This document shows positions 20,723 through 29,940 of a stretch of DNA of 64,000 nucleotides, in pieces. The notes below the pieces were generated by a model. It searched no databases. It was not told the origin of the DNA and saw only the letters and a list, made by a program, of their open reading frames with translations. Within the stretch, counting starts at the first letter, position 1. Every line of letters starts with the position of its first letter. The DNA lies in contig JAHEYB010000001.1 in assembly GCA_023251805.1 (NCBI GenBank), positions 40,384-104,383 of the forward strand, written 5' to 3'. This stretch comes from Bacteroidota bacterium (lineage in GTDB: Bacteria; Bacteroidota; Bacteroidia; 2-12-FULL-35-15). The translations under genes and the position numbers were made by a program.

Positions 20723-21511
20723 ATGAACTTAGACTTATCAGGAAAAACAGCAATGGTGTGTGGAAGTACACAAGGAATTGGAAAGGCAGCAGCAATTGAA
20801 TTAGCATTGCTTGGTGCAAATGTTGTTTTGGTTGCCCGTAACGAGGAATCATTAAAAACTTCTTTAAAAGATTTAGATGCTTCAAAAGGACAGAAGCACA
20901 ATTTCCTTGTTGCGGATTTCCAACAATCCAATCAATTAAAAGAAAAAGTAGAAAATTATATTGCAACGCAAGGAGCAATTCACATTTTGGTAAATAATAC
21001 GGGTGGACCACCAAGCGGACGAATCCAAAATGCAAAAGTGGATGAATTTTTACTAGCCTTCAACAACCATTTGGTGTGTAACCACATTTTAGTTCAAGCC
21101 ACCATCGAAGGAATGAAAGAAGCAAAATACGGTCGTGTGATAAACATTATCAGCACCTCTGTAAAAATTCCTTTGAAAAATTTAGGTGTGTCAAATACCA
21201 TTCGTGCTGCTGTTGCTAATTGGAGTAAAACATTGGCGAATGAAGTAGCATCCTATGGAATTACTGTCAACAATGTGCTTCCCGGAGCAACCTTAACTGG
21301 AAGACTAGAAAGCATCATTGAAAATAAATCAAAAAACACAGGTGAATCTTTAAACGAAATTAAAAACGAAATGGAAAGTGAAATTCCATTGGGTCGTTTT
21401 GCTGAACCAGCAGAAGTGGCGAATGCGATTGCGTTTTTAGCTTCCCCAGCAGCTTCTTACATCACTGGAATTAATGTTCCTGTGGATGGTGGAAGAACGG
21501 GGAATTTGTAG
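20723..21511 (+). CDS. Short-chain dehydrogenase/reductase (FabG-like)
   Basis: 262 aa. GSTQGIGKA cofactor motif, NNTG, and an SDR-typical C-terminus (NVLPG..). Only 22 nt after the flavoprotein gene. Confidence 0.85.
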   Translation: MNLDLSGKTAMVCGSTQGIGKAAAIELALLGANVVLVARNEESLKTSLKDLDASKGQKHNFLVADFQQSNQLKEKVENYIATQGAIHILVNNTGGPPSGRIQNAKVDEFLLAFNNHLVCNHILVQATIEGMKEAKYGRVINIISTSVKIPLKNLGVSNTIRAAVANWSKTLANEVASYGITVNNVLPGATLTGRLESIIENKSKNTGESLNEIKNEMESEIPLGRFAEPAEVANAIAFLASPAASYITGINVPVDGGRTGNL

Positions 21512-21964
21512 TTAAATAGAATCTTCGTAACCCCTGTCGTGTTTCAGGCCAGCACCCATTGCAGCTTCCACAGCTAATTCATCACAACGATTATTTTCAG
21601 CATTAGATGCATGTCCTTTTACCCAAACAAATTTTATTTTGTGTTTGCGGTAAATTTTTAAAAAGCGCATCCACAAATCCGGATTTTTTTTGTCTTTGAA
21701 ATTTTTCTTCTCCCAACCAAATACCCATTTCTGTTCTACAGAATCCACCACATATTTTGAATCGGAATAAATAGTTGCTTCAGTTCCTTCTTTTTTTAAG
21801 GACTCCAATGCAACAATTACACTCAACAATTCCATGCGATTGTTGGTAGTTAATTTAAATCCTTCCGAAATTTCTTTGCGATGAGTGCCTGCAATCATTA
21901 CCACACCAAATCCACCCGGACCAGGATTCCCACGAGAAGCACCATCTGTGTAAATTTTAATCAT
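21512..21964 (-). CDS. rnhA: Ribonuclease HI
   Basis: 150 aa from MIKIYTDGASRGNPGPGGFG, with ..NNRMEL.. and ..NNRCDELA.. motifs. The longer ORF-track start reads through the adjacent repeat. Confidence 0.9.
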   Translation of the reverse strand: MIKIYTDGASRGNPGPGGFGVVMIAGTHRKEISEGFKLTTNNRMELLSVIVALESLKKEGTEATIYSDSKYVVDSVEQKWVFGWEKKNFKDKKNPDLWMRFLKIYRKHKIKFVWVKGHASNAENNRCDELAVEAAMGAGLKHDRGYEDSI

Positions 21965-21974
21965 AGTTTTAAAA

Positions 21975-22064
21975 AGTAAACAATAGACAATAAAAAAAGT
22001 AAACAAAAAGTAGATGTGAATATTTTTATTTGTCTACTGTCTATTCCCTTTTTCTTGTCTACTC
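21975..22064. repeat. Cargo-less imperfect palindrome built from the same GTAAACAA/GTAGACAA words as the 14441/14895 inverted repeat
   Basis: agtaaacaatagacaataaaaaaagtaaacaaaaagtagat .. ttgtctactgtctattccctttttcttgtctac. The arms are about 14 nt apart, between rnhA and the MarC gene. Confidence 0.5.
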
Positions 22065-22067
22065 ATT

Positions 22068-22634
22068 TCAAATTCCCGCATGTGTTCTAAACAACTTCAC
22101 AGCAATTGCCAATAGGATTATACCAAATACTTTTCTCAAAATATTAATTCCACCTACACCGAGTATTTTTTCCAAATGGTGCGTATTTTTAAGGACGATA
22201 TAAACAAAAATTAAATTCACAACAATGGCAACCAAAATATTTTCGATGTAGTATTCTGCCCGTAAAGAAAGTAAGGTAGTGAGTGTTCCTGTTCCTGCAA
22301 TCAATGGAAATGCAATGGGAACAACTGAGGCAGTTGCTGCTGTTTCTTCTTTATAAAATTTCACACCCAAAATCATTTCCAATGCTAAAAAGAAAATGAT
22401 GAAAGAACCTGCAATTGCAAACGAGCTTACATCAATTCCAATAAGTTTTAGAATTTGTTCTCCAACAAACATAAACACAATCATAATCACTCCCGAAACG
22501 ATCGTGGCTTTCTCAGATTGTATTTTTCCTACTTTGCCTTGTAAGTCAAGTAAAACAGGCAAAGAACCAATGACATCAATCACAGCAAATAAAATCATGC
22601 TGAGTGTCGCTATTTGTTTAAAATCGAAATGCAT
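22068..22634 (-). CDS. MarC-family (UPF0056) integral membrane protein
   Basis: 188 aa, 6 TM segments, typical MarC family layout. Confidence 0.75.
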   Translation of the reverse strand: MHFDFKQIATLSMILFAVIDVIGSLPVLLDLQGKVGKIQSEKATIVSGVIMIVFMFVGEQILKLIGIDVSSFAIAGSFIIFFLALEMILGVKFYKEETAATASVVPIAFPLIAGTGTLTTLLSLRAEYYIENILVAIVVNLIFVYIVLKNTHHLEKILGVGGINILRKVFGIILLAIAVKLFRTHAGI

Positions 22635-22702
22635 AGTGTATGTGTTTATTTATTTCTCTGTGTAACTCTTTTTTTTCTCTGCGTGCTCTGTGTTGAAAAA
22701 TA

Positions 22703-23269
22703 TCATGATAGTAGCCCCTCAATAACCTTAGGAAAAAATTCGTGCTCCAACAAATGAATTTTTTTTGCTACATCTTCGGCACTGTCATTTTCTGATACAA
22801 TACATTTGTGTTGTGAAATAATTTTTCCTTTATCGTATTCTTCGTTCACAAAATGAATACTAATGCCGCTTTCTTTTTCTTTTGCTTCAATCACCGCGTT
22901 GTGAACATTCATTCCAAACATTCCTTTTCCCCCAAATTTTGGTAAAAGTGCGGGGTGAATATTTACAATTTTATTTGGGAACGCCTTTATTAAATTTTTC
23001 GGAACCAGCCATAAAAATCCGGCAAGTACAATTAAATCAATTTTCGCATTATTAAGTTGTTCAATTACTTCATTGCTTTCAAAAAAAGAATGTCGCTCTA
23101 AAATCAATGTTGGGATGTTGCTATTTTTTGCACGATTTAAAACATTGGCGGTTGATTTATTAGAAACAACTAAAGCAATTTGAATATTTTTAGAAGCTTT
23201 AAAATAATCGATAATGTTTTGTGCATTGCTTCCTTCTCCAGAAGCAAAAATGGCAACATTTTTAATCAT
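22703..23269 (-). CDS. purN: Phosphoribosylglycinamide formyltransferase PurN
   Basis: 188 aa. IAIFASGEGSN.., ..NIHPALLPKFGGKGM.. formyl-transferase motifs. Confidence 0.9.
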   Translation of the reverse strand: MIKNVAIFASGEGSNAQNIIDYFKASKNIQIALVVSNKSTANVLNRAKNSNIPTLILERHSFFESNEVIEQLNNAKIDLIVLAGFLWLVPKNLIKAFPNKIVNIHPALLPKFGGKGMFGMNVHNAVIEAKEKESGISIHFVNEEYDKGKIISQHKCIVSENDSAEDVAKKIHLLEHEFFPKVIEGLLS

Positions 23270-23308
23270 GCTACAAAAGTAGTATTTTTACAAAAAGCAG
23301 AATTTAAA

Positions 23309-23977
23309 ATGGGAAAAACATATCCATATATCGAATATACGCGAGAATCCTTTTCGGAGGAAGAAATGTTGGCGCGTAGCAAAGAATTTTACGAGTGGCT
23401 GGATAAACGAAGAACAGTACGAAATTTTTCTGATAAACCCATTCCTAAAGAAGTGATTGAAAACATTCTTTTGGCAGCTTCAACAGCACCCTCCGGAGCG
23501 CATAAGCAACCTTGGACATTTTGTGTGGTGACCAACCCCGATACAAAAAAACAAATTCGTGCGGCTGCAGAAAAAGAAGAATATGATAGCTACAATGGTA
23601 GAATGACCGATGAATGGTTGGAAGATTTGGCTCCCTTAGGAACAAACTGGGAAAAACCATTTTTAGAGGAGGCTCCAGCACTAATCATTGTCTTCAAAAG
23701 AGCTTACGAATTTGTAGATAAGAAGAAGAAAAACAACTATTATGTAACCGAGTCGGTTGGTCTGGCAACTGGCTTTTTGTTGGCGGCAATCCACCACGCA
23801 GGGCTCGTAGCGCTTACGCACACGCCCAGTCCAATGAATTTTCTGACAAAAGTGCTTAACAGACCTGAAAATGAGCGTCCCTTTTTGCTTATACCCGTTG
23901 GATACCTTGCAAAAGAGACGCAAGTGCCTGATTTAAAGAGAAAAACCTTGAAACAAATTGATGTTTTTTATGAATAA
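23309..23977 (+). CDS. Nitroreductase-family protein (iodotyrosine-deiodinase-like subgroup)
   Basis: 222 aa from MGKTYPYIEY... RRTVRNFSDKPIP and SGAHKQPW motifs. The ORF-track start at 23180 would overlap purN by 90 nt, so it is not used. Confidence 0.8.
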   Translation: MGKTYPYIEYTRESFSEEEMLARSKEFYEWLDKRRTVRNFSDKPIPKEVIENILLAASTAPSGAHKQPWTFCVVTNPDTKKQIRAAAEKEEYDSYNGRMTDEWLEDLAPLGTNWEKPFLEEAPALIIVFKRAYEFVDKKKKNNYYVTESVGLATGFLLAAIHHAGLVALTHTPSPMNFLTKVLNRPENERPFLLIPVGYLAKETQVPDLKRKTLKQIDVFYE

Positions 23978-23989
23978 TTAGCTTATTTT

Positions 23990-24019
23990 TTTGTAATTAT
24001 GCATATAACTATATCTTTG
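23990..24019 (+). promoter_or_regulatory. Candidate Bacteroidota-type promoter for acpP-fabF-rnc
   Basis: TTG (23990-23992), 19-nt spacer, TATCTTTG (24012-24019). This matches the TTG / TAnnTTTG consensus, about 30 nt upstream of acpP. Confidence 0.4.
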
Positions 24020-24051
24020 CACCCTAAATTAACCAAAAAACATTTAAAAAA

Positions 24052-24288
24052 ATGTCAGACATTGCAACAAAAGTAAAAGCTATCATCGTTGATAAATTAG
24101 GTGTTGACGAAAAAGAAGTAACACCAACAGCAAGCTTTACAAATGATCTAGGAGCAGATTCTTTAGACACTGTAGAATTGATCATGGAATTTGAAAAAGA
24201 ATTCAACATCGCTATCCCTGATGACCAAGCTGAAAAGATTGGTACTGTAGGTGATGCAATTGCTTATATCGAAGCAAACGCAAAATAA
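24052..24288 (+). CDS. acpP: Acyl carrier protein
   Basis: 78 aa. [12 protein letters not shown] phosphopantetheine attachment site. Confidence 0.95.
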   Translation: MSDIATKVKAIIVDKLGVDEKEVTPTASFTNDLGADSLDTVELIMEFEKEFNIAIPDDQAEKIGTVGDAIAYIEANAK

Positions 24289-24309
24289 TTCTCCCAAAAG
24301 ATTTATTTA

Positions 24310-25566
24310 ATGAAGATTAGACGAGTAGTAGTAACAGGACTTGGCGCAATCACACCTTTGGGTAATAATGTTTCCGATTTTTGGAACAACCTTCTCAAAG
24401 GCGTTAGCGGGGCTGCTCCTATTACTCGTTTTGATGCTTCTAAGTTCAAAACCCAATTTGCTTGCGAAGTAAAAGGATTTAATCCCGAAGAATACCTCGA
24501 CCGTAAAGAAGCCCGCAAAATTGACCCCTTTTCTCAGTATGGTTTATGTTCCGCTATTCAGGCTGTTAAAGATGCCGGACTAGATGGAGAAAATGCATTT
24601 GATAAAGACAGAGCAGGCGTTATTTGGGGTTCAGGAATCGGAGGATTGCAAACTTTTCAAGACGAATGTTTTGGTTATGCTAAAGGCGATGGAACTCCGC
24701 GTTTCAACCCTTTCTTCATTCCTAAAATGATTGCAGATATTTGTTCCGGACACATCTCCATCCGTTTCGGAATGCGTGGCCCAAACTTTACTACTGTTTC
24801 TGCTTGTGCTTCTTCTACCAATGCGTTAATTGATGCGGCTACTTATATTAAATTAGGGAAAGCCGATATCATTGTAACGGGTGGTTCCGAAGCTGCCGTT
24901 TGCGAAGCAGGAATTGGTGGATTCAATGCTATGCATGCCCTTTCTACACGTAACGATTCTCCTCAAACCGCATCCCGTCCATTTGATGTGGATCGTGATG
25001 GTTTTGTTTTAGGTGAAGGTGCCGGCTGCTTAATTCTTGAAGAGCTAGAACATGCTTTAAAACGTGGTGCAAAAATTTATGCCGAAGTTGTTGGTGGCGG
25101 TATGACTGCTGATGCAAATCACATTACAGCTCCACACCCCGAAGGATTAGGTGCTTTAAATGTAATGCGCAATGCTTTACAAGATGCTGAAATGAAACCG
25201 GAAGACATTGATTATGTGAACGTACACGGTACTTCTACTCCTTTAGGTGATGTTGCTGAAACAAAAGCTATTCTTGGTGTTTTTGGCGAACATGCGTATA
25301 AGTTAAATATCAGCTCTACCAAATCAATGACCGGACATTTACTTGGCGCTGCCGGTGCAATTGAAGCAATTGCTTGTGTATTGGCTTGCCAAAATGATAT
25401 TATTCCTCCTACCATCAATCACTTCAATGACGATCCGGCTTTGGATAATAAATTGAACTTGACTTTTAATACAGCTCAAAAACGTGTTGTACGTGCTGCT
25501 TTAAGCAATACATTTGGTTTTGGCGGACACAATGCTTCGGTAATTGTAAAAAAATATACAGCCTAA
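24310..25566 (+). CDS. fabF: Beta-ketoacyl-ACP synthase II
   Basis: 418 aa. Active-site context SACASS, HGTSTP, GHLLGAAG. Follows acpP. Confidence 0.95.
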   Translation: MKIRRVVVTGLGAITPLGNNVSDFWNNLLKGVSGAAPITRFDASKFKTQFACEVKGFNPEEYLDRKEARKIDPFSQYGLCSAIQAVKDAGLDGENAFDKDRAGVIWGSGIGGLQTFQDECFGYAKGDGTPRFNPFFIPKMIADICSGHISIRFGMRGPNFTTVSACASSTNALIDAATYIKLGKADIIVTGGSEAAVCEAGIGGFNAMHALSTRNDSPQTASRPFDVDRDGFVLGEGAGCLILEELEHALKRGAKIYAEVVGGGMTADANHITAPHPEGLGALNVMRNALQDAEMKPEDIDYVNVHGTSTPLGDVAETKAILGVFGEHAYKLNISSTKSMTGHLLGAAGAIEAIACVLACQNDIIPPTINHFNDDPALDNKLNLTFNTAQKRVVRAALSNTFGFGGHNASVIVKKYTA

Positions 25567-25573
25567 TTTTCTC

Positions 25574-26302
25574 TTGGCAAAATTTACCAAATCTCTGAGG
25601 GTTTATTTTTCACCCGACAAAAAATTACATGAATCGCTTTTTAATGTTCTTGGTTTTTATCCAACCAATATTTCATTATATAAATTAGCTTTTCGTCACA
25701 GCTCTGCCGCACAACTTATTAAAAAAGGAGTGAAAGACAGCAATGAACGATTAGAATTTTTAGGAGATTCTGTCATTGGTACAGTAGTGGCAGATTATTT
25801 ATTTAAAAAATTTCCATTTAAAGATGAAGGCTTTTTAACAAAAATGCGTTCGAAAATGGTAAGCCGCCAACAGCATAATCAGCTGGCGATAAAATTGGGG
25901 TTGAATAATTTTATAGAAGTAAATAACGATCGACACGGAAATAATAAATCCAGCTCTATCAATGGAGATGCATACGAAGCGCTGATTGGTGCAATATATT
26001 TAGACAAAGGATACAAATTTGCTCAACAATTTATTCTTACGCGAATTGTGAATGTTCACATCGATATGGATGAAGTGGAAACGAAAGAAGTAGATTTTAA
26101 AAGTAAGTTTATTGAATGGGCTCAAAAAGAAAAAAAAGAATTCCGTTTCGAAACACTCACTGATGGAGCTACAGCGGATGATAAATTTTATTGCATTCAA
26201 TTAATAGTAGACAATGAACCTTTAGGGAAAGCACAACATTTTTCTAAAAAACGAGCCGAACAATTGGTTTCTGAGCATGTTTGCGCAGTGTTAGGGATAT
26301 GA
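25574..26302 (+). CDS. rnc: Ribonuclease III
   Basis: 242 aa. NERLEFLGDSV signature and C-terminal dsRBD. The predicted start is a TTG, so the exact start is uncertain. Confidence 0.85.
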   Translation: MAKFTKSLRVYFSPDKKLHESLFNVLGFYPTNISLYKLAFRHSSAAQLIKKGVKDSNERLEFLGDSVIGTVVADYLFKKFPFKDEGFLTKMRSKMVSRQQHNQLAIKLGLNNFIEVNNDRHGNNKSSSINGDAYEALIGAIYLDKGYKFAQQFILTRIVNVHIDMDEVETKEVDFKSKFIEWAQKEKKEFRFETLTDGATADDKFYCIQLIVDNEPLGKAQHFSKKRAEQLVSEHVCAVLGI

Positions 26303-26456
26303 TTCAATTTAGAACAATGTCCTTAATTGTCACTTCGAGCGGAGTCGAGAAGCTTGTGAACTAAAGGTTAGGAATTTAACAACATAAAAATAATCCTATT
26401 TTACAAGCATTCTTCACTATAGATTTATAAATTTACCATAGTTTTAAAACCATCCT

Positions 26457-26876
26457 GTGGGAAAATACACACTTGAAATAGAATATGATTATGATTTTGT
26501 GTTGATAGGCATTTCATCGCACGAAAAAGATTATCGTATTTGTTGGGCACTCAACAATCAACTTGGTTTAAACTTAACGAAAACCGAAGCACTTGAAATC
26601 AAAGATAAAAAACAAGATGAACCTTCACATTTCTCCTTGTTTTCCCTTGAGCAACCGGATGAGTTTATGGAATATTTTATTATTGCAAATAGAAGTGAAA
26701 AAGGAATGTTGATTCCTGAACAAAAACAAGTGGATTACTTTTTTATTATTCGTGGAGAAGTAGAAGATGATAAAATAATGGAGATGATAAAATTGATAAA
26801 AGAAAGCAATTTGGTGCAAACAGCTTTTAGAGTGGATGTAAATGCACTTAAATCAAAACAGAATTTAATACTTTAG
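26457..26876 (+). CDS. IPExxxVDY-family protein
   Basis: 139 aa containing the eponymous IPEQKQVDY motif, in the usual position between rnc and pyk. Confidence 0.7.
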   Translation: MGKYTLEIEYDYDFVLIGISSHEKDYRICWALNNQLGLNLTKTEALEIKDKKQDEPSHFSLFSLEQPDEFMEYFIIANRSEKGMLIPEQKQVDYFFIIRGEVEDDKIMEMIKLIKESNLVQTAFRVDVNALKSKQNLIL

Positions 26877-26885
26877 AAATAACAC

Positions 26886-27027
26886 ACCACAGATTACACA
26901 GATAAACACAGAAAATTTGTTTTGCTTGGTGATAAAAAAGAATAAATGAAAATTAACCAATAAAATACAGAGAAAAGAGAATTAACAGAAAAAATCTGTG
27001 AAAATCTGTGTAATCTGTTGTAAAAAA
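26886..27027. repeat. Inverted pair of phased triplet elements (3 x CACAGA ... 3 x TCTGTG)
   Basis: ccacagattacacagataaacacagaaaa (26886-26914) faces aaaatctgtgaaaatctgtgtaatctgttg (about 26990-27020). Words are spaced 10-11 nt. The element ends 3 nt before the pyk ATG. Confidence 0.6.
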
Positions 27028-27029
27028 TT

Positions 27030-28463
27030 ATGAAAAGAACAAAAATAGTTGCAACACTTGGGCCAGCATCTTCATCGGCAGAAGTGATTGAAGAAATGGT
27101 GAAAGCTGGAGCGGATGTGTGTCGAATTAATTTTTCACATGGCTCGTATGATGTGGTGTTGGACCAAATAAAAAGCATTCGTGCCATTAATAAAAAATTA
27201 GGAACGCACACGGCTATTCTTGCCGATTTGCAAGGACCAAAATTAAGAATAGGTGTAGTTGAAAACAACGGGGTAGATTTGGTTGCAGGCAAAGAAGTTA
27301 TTATTACCACAACCGAATGTATTGGAACTGCCGAGCGTTTGTATATCACCTATCCACAATTTCCAAAAGATGTTAAAGCAGGGGAAAATATTTTGATTGA
27401 CGATGGAAAGCTTTTACTTAATGTAGTTTCTACAAATGGAAAAGATGAAGTAAAAGCAGTTGTGAGTCACGGTGGAATTTTGTCCTCTAAAAAAGGAGTG
27501 AACTTACCTAACACGAAAATTTCTTTGCCTTGTTTAACAGAAAAAGATTTAAAAGATCTAGATTTTGCATTGACTCAGCGTGTGGATTGGGTTGGACTTT
27601 CATTTGTTCGCTCTGCAGCAGACATCATTGAGTTAAAACACTTAATTCAAAATTTTGACAATAACGTAAGAACAAAAGTAGTTGCCAAAATTGAAAAACC
27701 GGAAGCCGTTGCCGATATTGATAACATTATTAAAGAAACCGATGCAATTATGGTTGCTCGTGGTGATCTAGGTGTTGAGGTGCCCATGCAAGAAGTTCCT
27801 GTGATTCAAAAAATGTTGGTACAAAAATGTTTGGAAGCATCCAAACCTGTTATCATCGCAACACAGATGATGGAAAGTATGATTACCAACATTAGCCCTT
27901 CTCGCGCAGAAGTGAACGATGTGGCCAATAGTGTTATGGATGGTGCGGATGCTGTAATGTTGAGCGGTGAAACTTCTGTTGGAAACCATCCTGCAAAAGT
28001 AGTGGAAGCAATGACAAAAATTATCAACTTTGTGGAGGCAAATAGCGATATTTATAATAGAGATAATGAAGCACCAGTAGTAGATTTGCGTAACGAACGT
28101 TTTGTTTCTGATTCTATTTGTTATACAGCTGCGAAAATGGCAGAACGAACAGGAGCTGCAGCAATTGTAACTATGACACATTCGGGCTACACCGCGTTTA
28201 AATTAGCTAGCCATCGCCCGAAAGCAAATATTTTTGTTTTTACCGATAACTATGATATTCTTACAACCCTAAATTTAGTTTGGGGAGTACGAGGATTTTA
28301 TTACGATAAAAATATCAGTACCGATCATACCATTGCTGATATTAAATTTATTTTAAAGAAAAGTGGTAAAGTGAAAACAAATGATTTGGTAATTAATATC
28401 GCAAGTATCCCATTAAGTGAAATGGGAAAGGCAAATATGATTAAACTTTCTGCTGTAGAATAG
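27030..28463 (+). CDS. pyk: Pyruvate kinase
   Basis: 477 aa. MKRTKIVATLGPAS.., ..MVARGDLGVE.. signature. Confidence 0.95.
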   Translation: MKRTKIVATLGPASSSAEVIEEMVKAGADVCRINFSHGSYDVVLDQIKSIRAINKKLGTHTAILADLQGPKLRIGVVENNGVDLVAGKEVIITTTECIGTAERLYITYPQFPKDVKAGENILIDDGKLLLNVVSTNGKDEVKAVVSHGGILSSKKGVNLPNTKISLPCLTEKDLKDLDFALTQRVDWVGLSFVRSAADIIELKHLIQNFDNNVRTKVVAKIEKPEAVADIDNIIKETDAIMVARGDLGVEVPMQEVPVIQKMLVQKCLEASKPVIIATQMMESMITNISPSRAEVNDVANSVMDGADAVMLSGETSVGNHPAKVVEAMTKIINFVEANSDIYNRDNEAPVVDLRNERFVSDSICYTAAKMAERTGAAAIVTMTHSGYTAFKLASHRPKANIFVFTDNYDILTTLNLVWGVRGFYYDKNISTDHTIADIKFILKKSGKVKTNDLVINIASIPLSEMGKANMIKLSAVE

Positions 28464-28508
28464 TTACAAATACTAATCTGCGAAAATCCGCGAAATGTGC
28501 GAGAAAAA

Positions 28509-28859
28509 ATGAAAAAAATATACTACTTAAGTTCATGCTCCACTTGCGCACGAATCATCACCGAGCTAGGCCTGAAAACAAAGAAATTCGAATTTCAAGA
28601 TATTAAAACTGAAAAAATTACTGCTCCGCAATTAGCTGAGATGAAAAAGATGGTTGGCAGTTATGAAGCTTTATTCAGCCGCGTTGCGCTCAAGTATCGT
28701 GCTTTAGGTTTAGATAAAAAGAAATTGACTGAAGACGATTACAAAAACCACATTTTAGAAGAATACACATTTTTAAAGCGACCCGTAATTATTATTGGAA
28801 GCAAAATATTTGTAGGAAATTCTAAAAACAACATCGCTGCAGCAAAAGCAGAATTATAA
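28509..28859 (+). CDS. ArsC/Spx/MgsR-family protein
   Basis: 116 aa from MKKIYYLSSCSTCARI (redox Cys near the N-terminus), ..KRPVII.. motif. Confidence 0.7.
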   Translation: MKKIYYLSSCSTCARIITELGLKTKKFEFQDIKTEKITAPQLAEMKKMVGSYEALFSRVALKYRALGLDKKKLTEDDYKNHILEEYTFLKRPVIIIGSKIFVGNSKNNIAAAKAEL

Positions 28860-28964
28860 TGAGCATTCTTTCAAAAATAACTGTAACCACATTCTCCGTC
28901 ATCCTGAGTACTTCGACTTCGCTCAGTATAAACTTAGTCGAAGGAAAGGAGTATCTAAATTATT

Positions 28965-29867
28965 TTGAATAAGATTTTACAAGCCCATCTTTCTTTAATC
29001 ATCGTCAACATTATTTATGCGGCAAATTTTTCCATTGCCAAAGTCGTAATGCCTTCACATGTACAGCCTTTTGCTTTTGTGTTGATGCGTGTTGCCGGAG
29101 CGCTCATTTTATTTTGGTTGGTAAGTGCTTTTTTTATAAAAGAGAAAGTAGATAAAAAAGATTTGCCATATATGGCAATGTTAGCATTGTTTGGCGTGGC
29201 AATCAACCAACTATTATTTTTAAAAGGCTTGAGCTTGACCAATCCAATTAATGGTGCAATCATCATGACTTCCAATCCAATCATTGTCATCATTATTGCT
29301 GCTTTGTTTTTGAAAGAAAAAATTTCTGCTCAAAAAATGATTGGGATTTTTATCGGAGCTGCCGGAGCATTGATTATGCTTTTGTATGGAAAAAATTTTT
29401 CTTTCGGCTCCGAAACAATCTATGGTGATATCCTTATTCTTATCAATTCTTTTTCTTGGGCATTGTTTGTTGTGCTTGTAAAACCTTTGATGAAAAAATA
29501 CAATACATTCACAGTTGTTAAATGGATTTTCCTATTCGGATTTTTATATGTCTTGCCTTTTGGATTTTCAGAATTTAAACAAATTGATTTCGCCTCCTTT
29601 TCTTCAACCATTTGGCGAGATGTTTTGTTTGTGATTGTTGCCGTCACTTTTTTTGCCTACGTTTTAAATACCTATGCTTTAAGAGCATTGAGCCCCTCGG
29701 TGGTAAGTATTTATATTTATTTACAACCTTTTTTGGCAAGCTTGATCGCCATCTACATATATAAAAGCGATGAGCTGGATTTGCGCAAATTAACAGCCGC
29801 AACACTCATTATTTTTGGTGTTTATTTGGTGAGTTTCCCACTTAAAAAGCTAAAAAATAAGGATTGA
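28965..29867 (+). CDS. DMT-superfamily (EamA) transporter
   Basis: 300 aa, 10 TM segments, duplicated EamA-domain organisation. TTG start predicted. Confidence 0.8.
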   Translation: MNKILQAHLSLIIVNIIYAANFSIAKVVMPSHVQPFAFVLMRVAGALILFWLVSAFFIKEKVDKKDLPYMAMLALFGVAINQLLFLKGLSLTNPINGAIIMTSNPIIVIIIAALFLKEKISAQKMIGIFIGAAGALIMLLYGKNFSFGSETIYGDILILINSFSWALFVVLVKPLMKKYNTFTVVKWIFLFGFLYVLPFGFSEFKQIDFASFSSTIWRDVLFVIVAVTFFAYVLNTYALRALSPSVVSIYIYLQPFLASLIAIYIYKSDELDLRKLTAATLIIFGVYLVSFPLKKLKNKD

Positions 29868-29940
29868 TTCTTCTTTCCCTGTTTCCTTTTTAAATAAAGG
29901 AAAAACATTACATTTGCTATACATAAATAAAGCGTAAAAA

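Noticed and set aside
20716-21035. Two minus-strand ORFs (71 and 104 aa) overlapping the SDR gene start
   Set aside because: They are antisense to a well-supported SDR gene with canonical motifs and show no family resemblance.
23180-23308. N-terminal extension of the nitroreductase ORF
   Set aside because: It would overlap the purN 5' end on the opposite strand by 90 nt. The ATG at 23309 gives a normal-length nitroreductase with its own upstream spacer.
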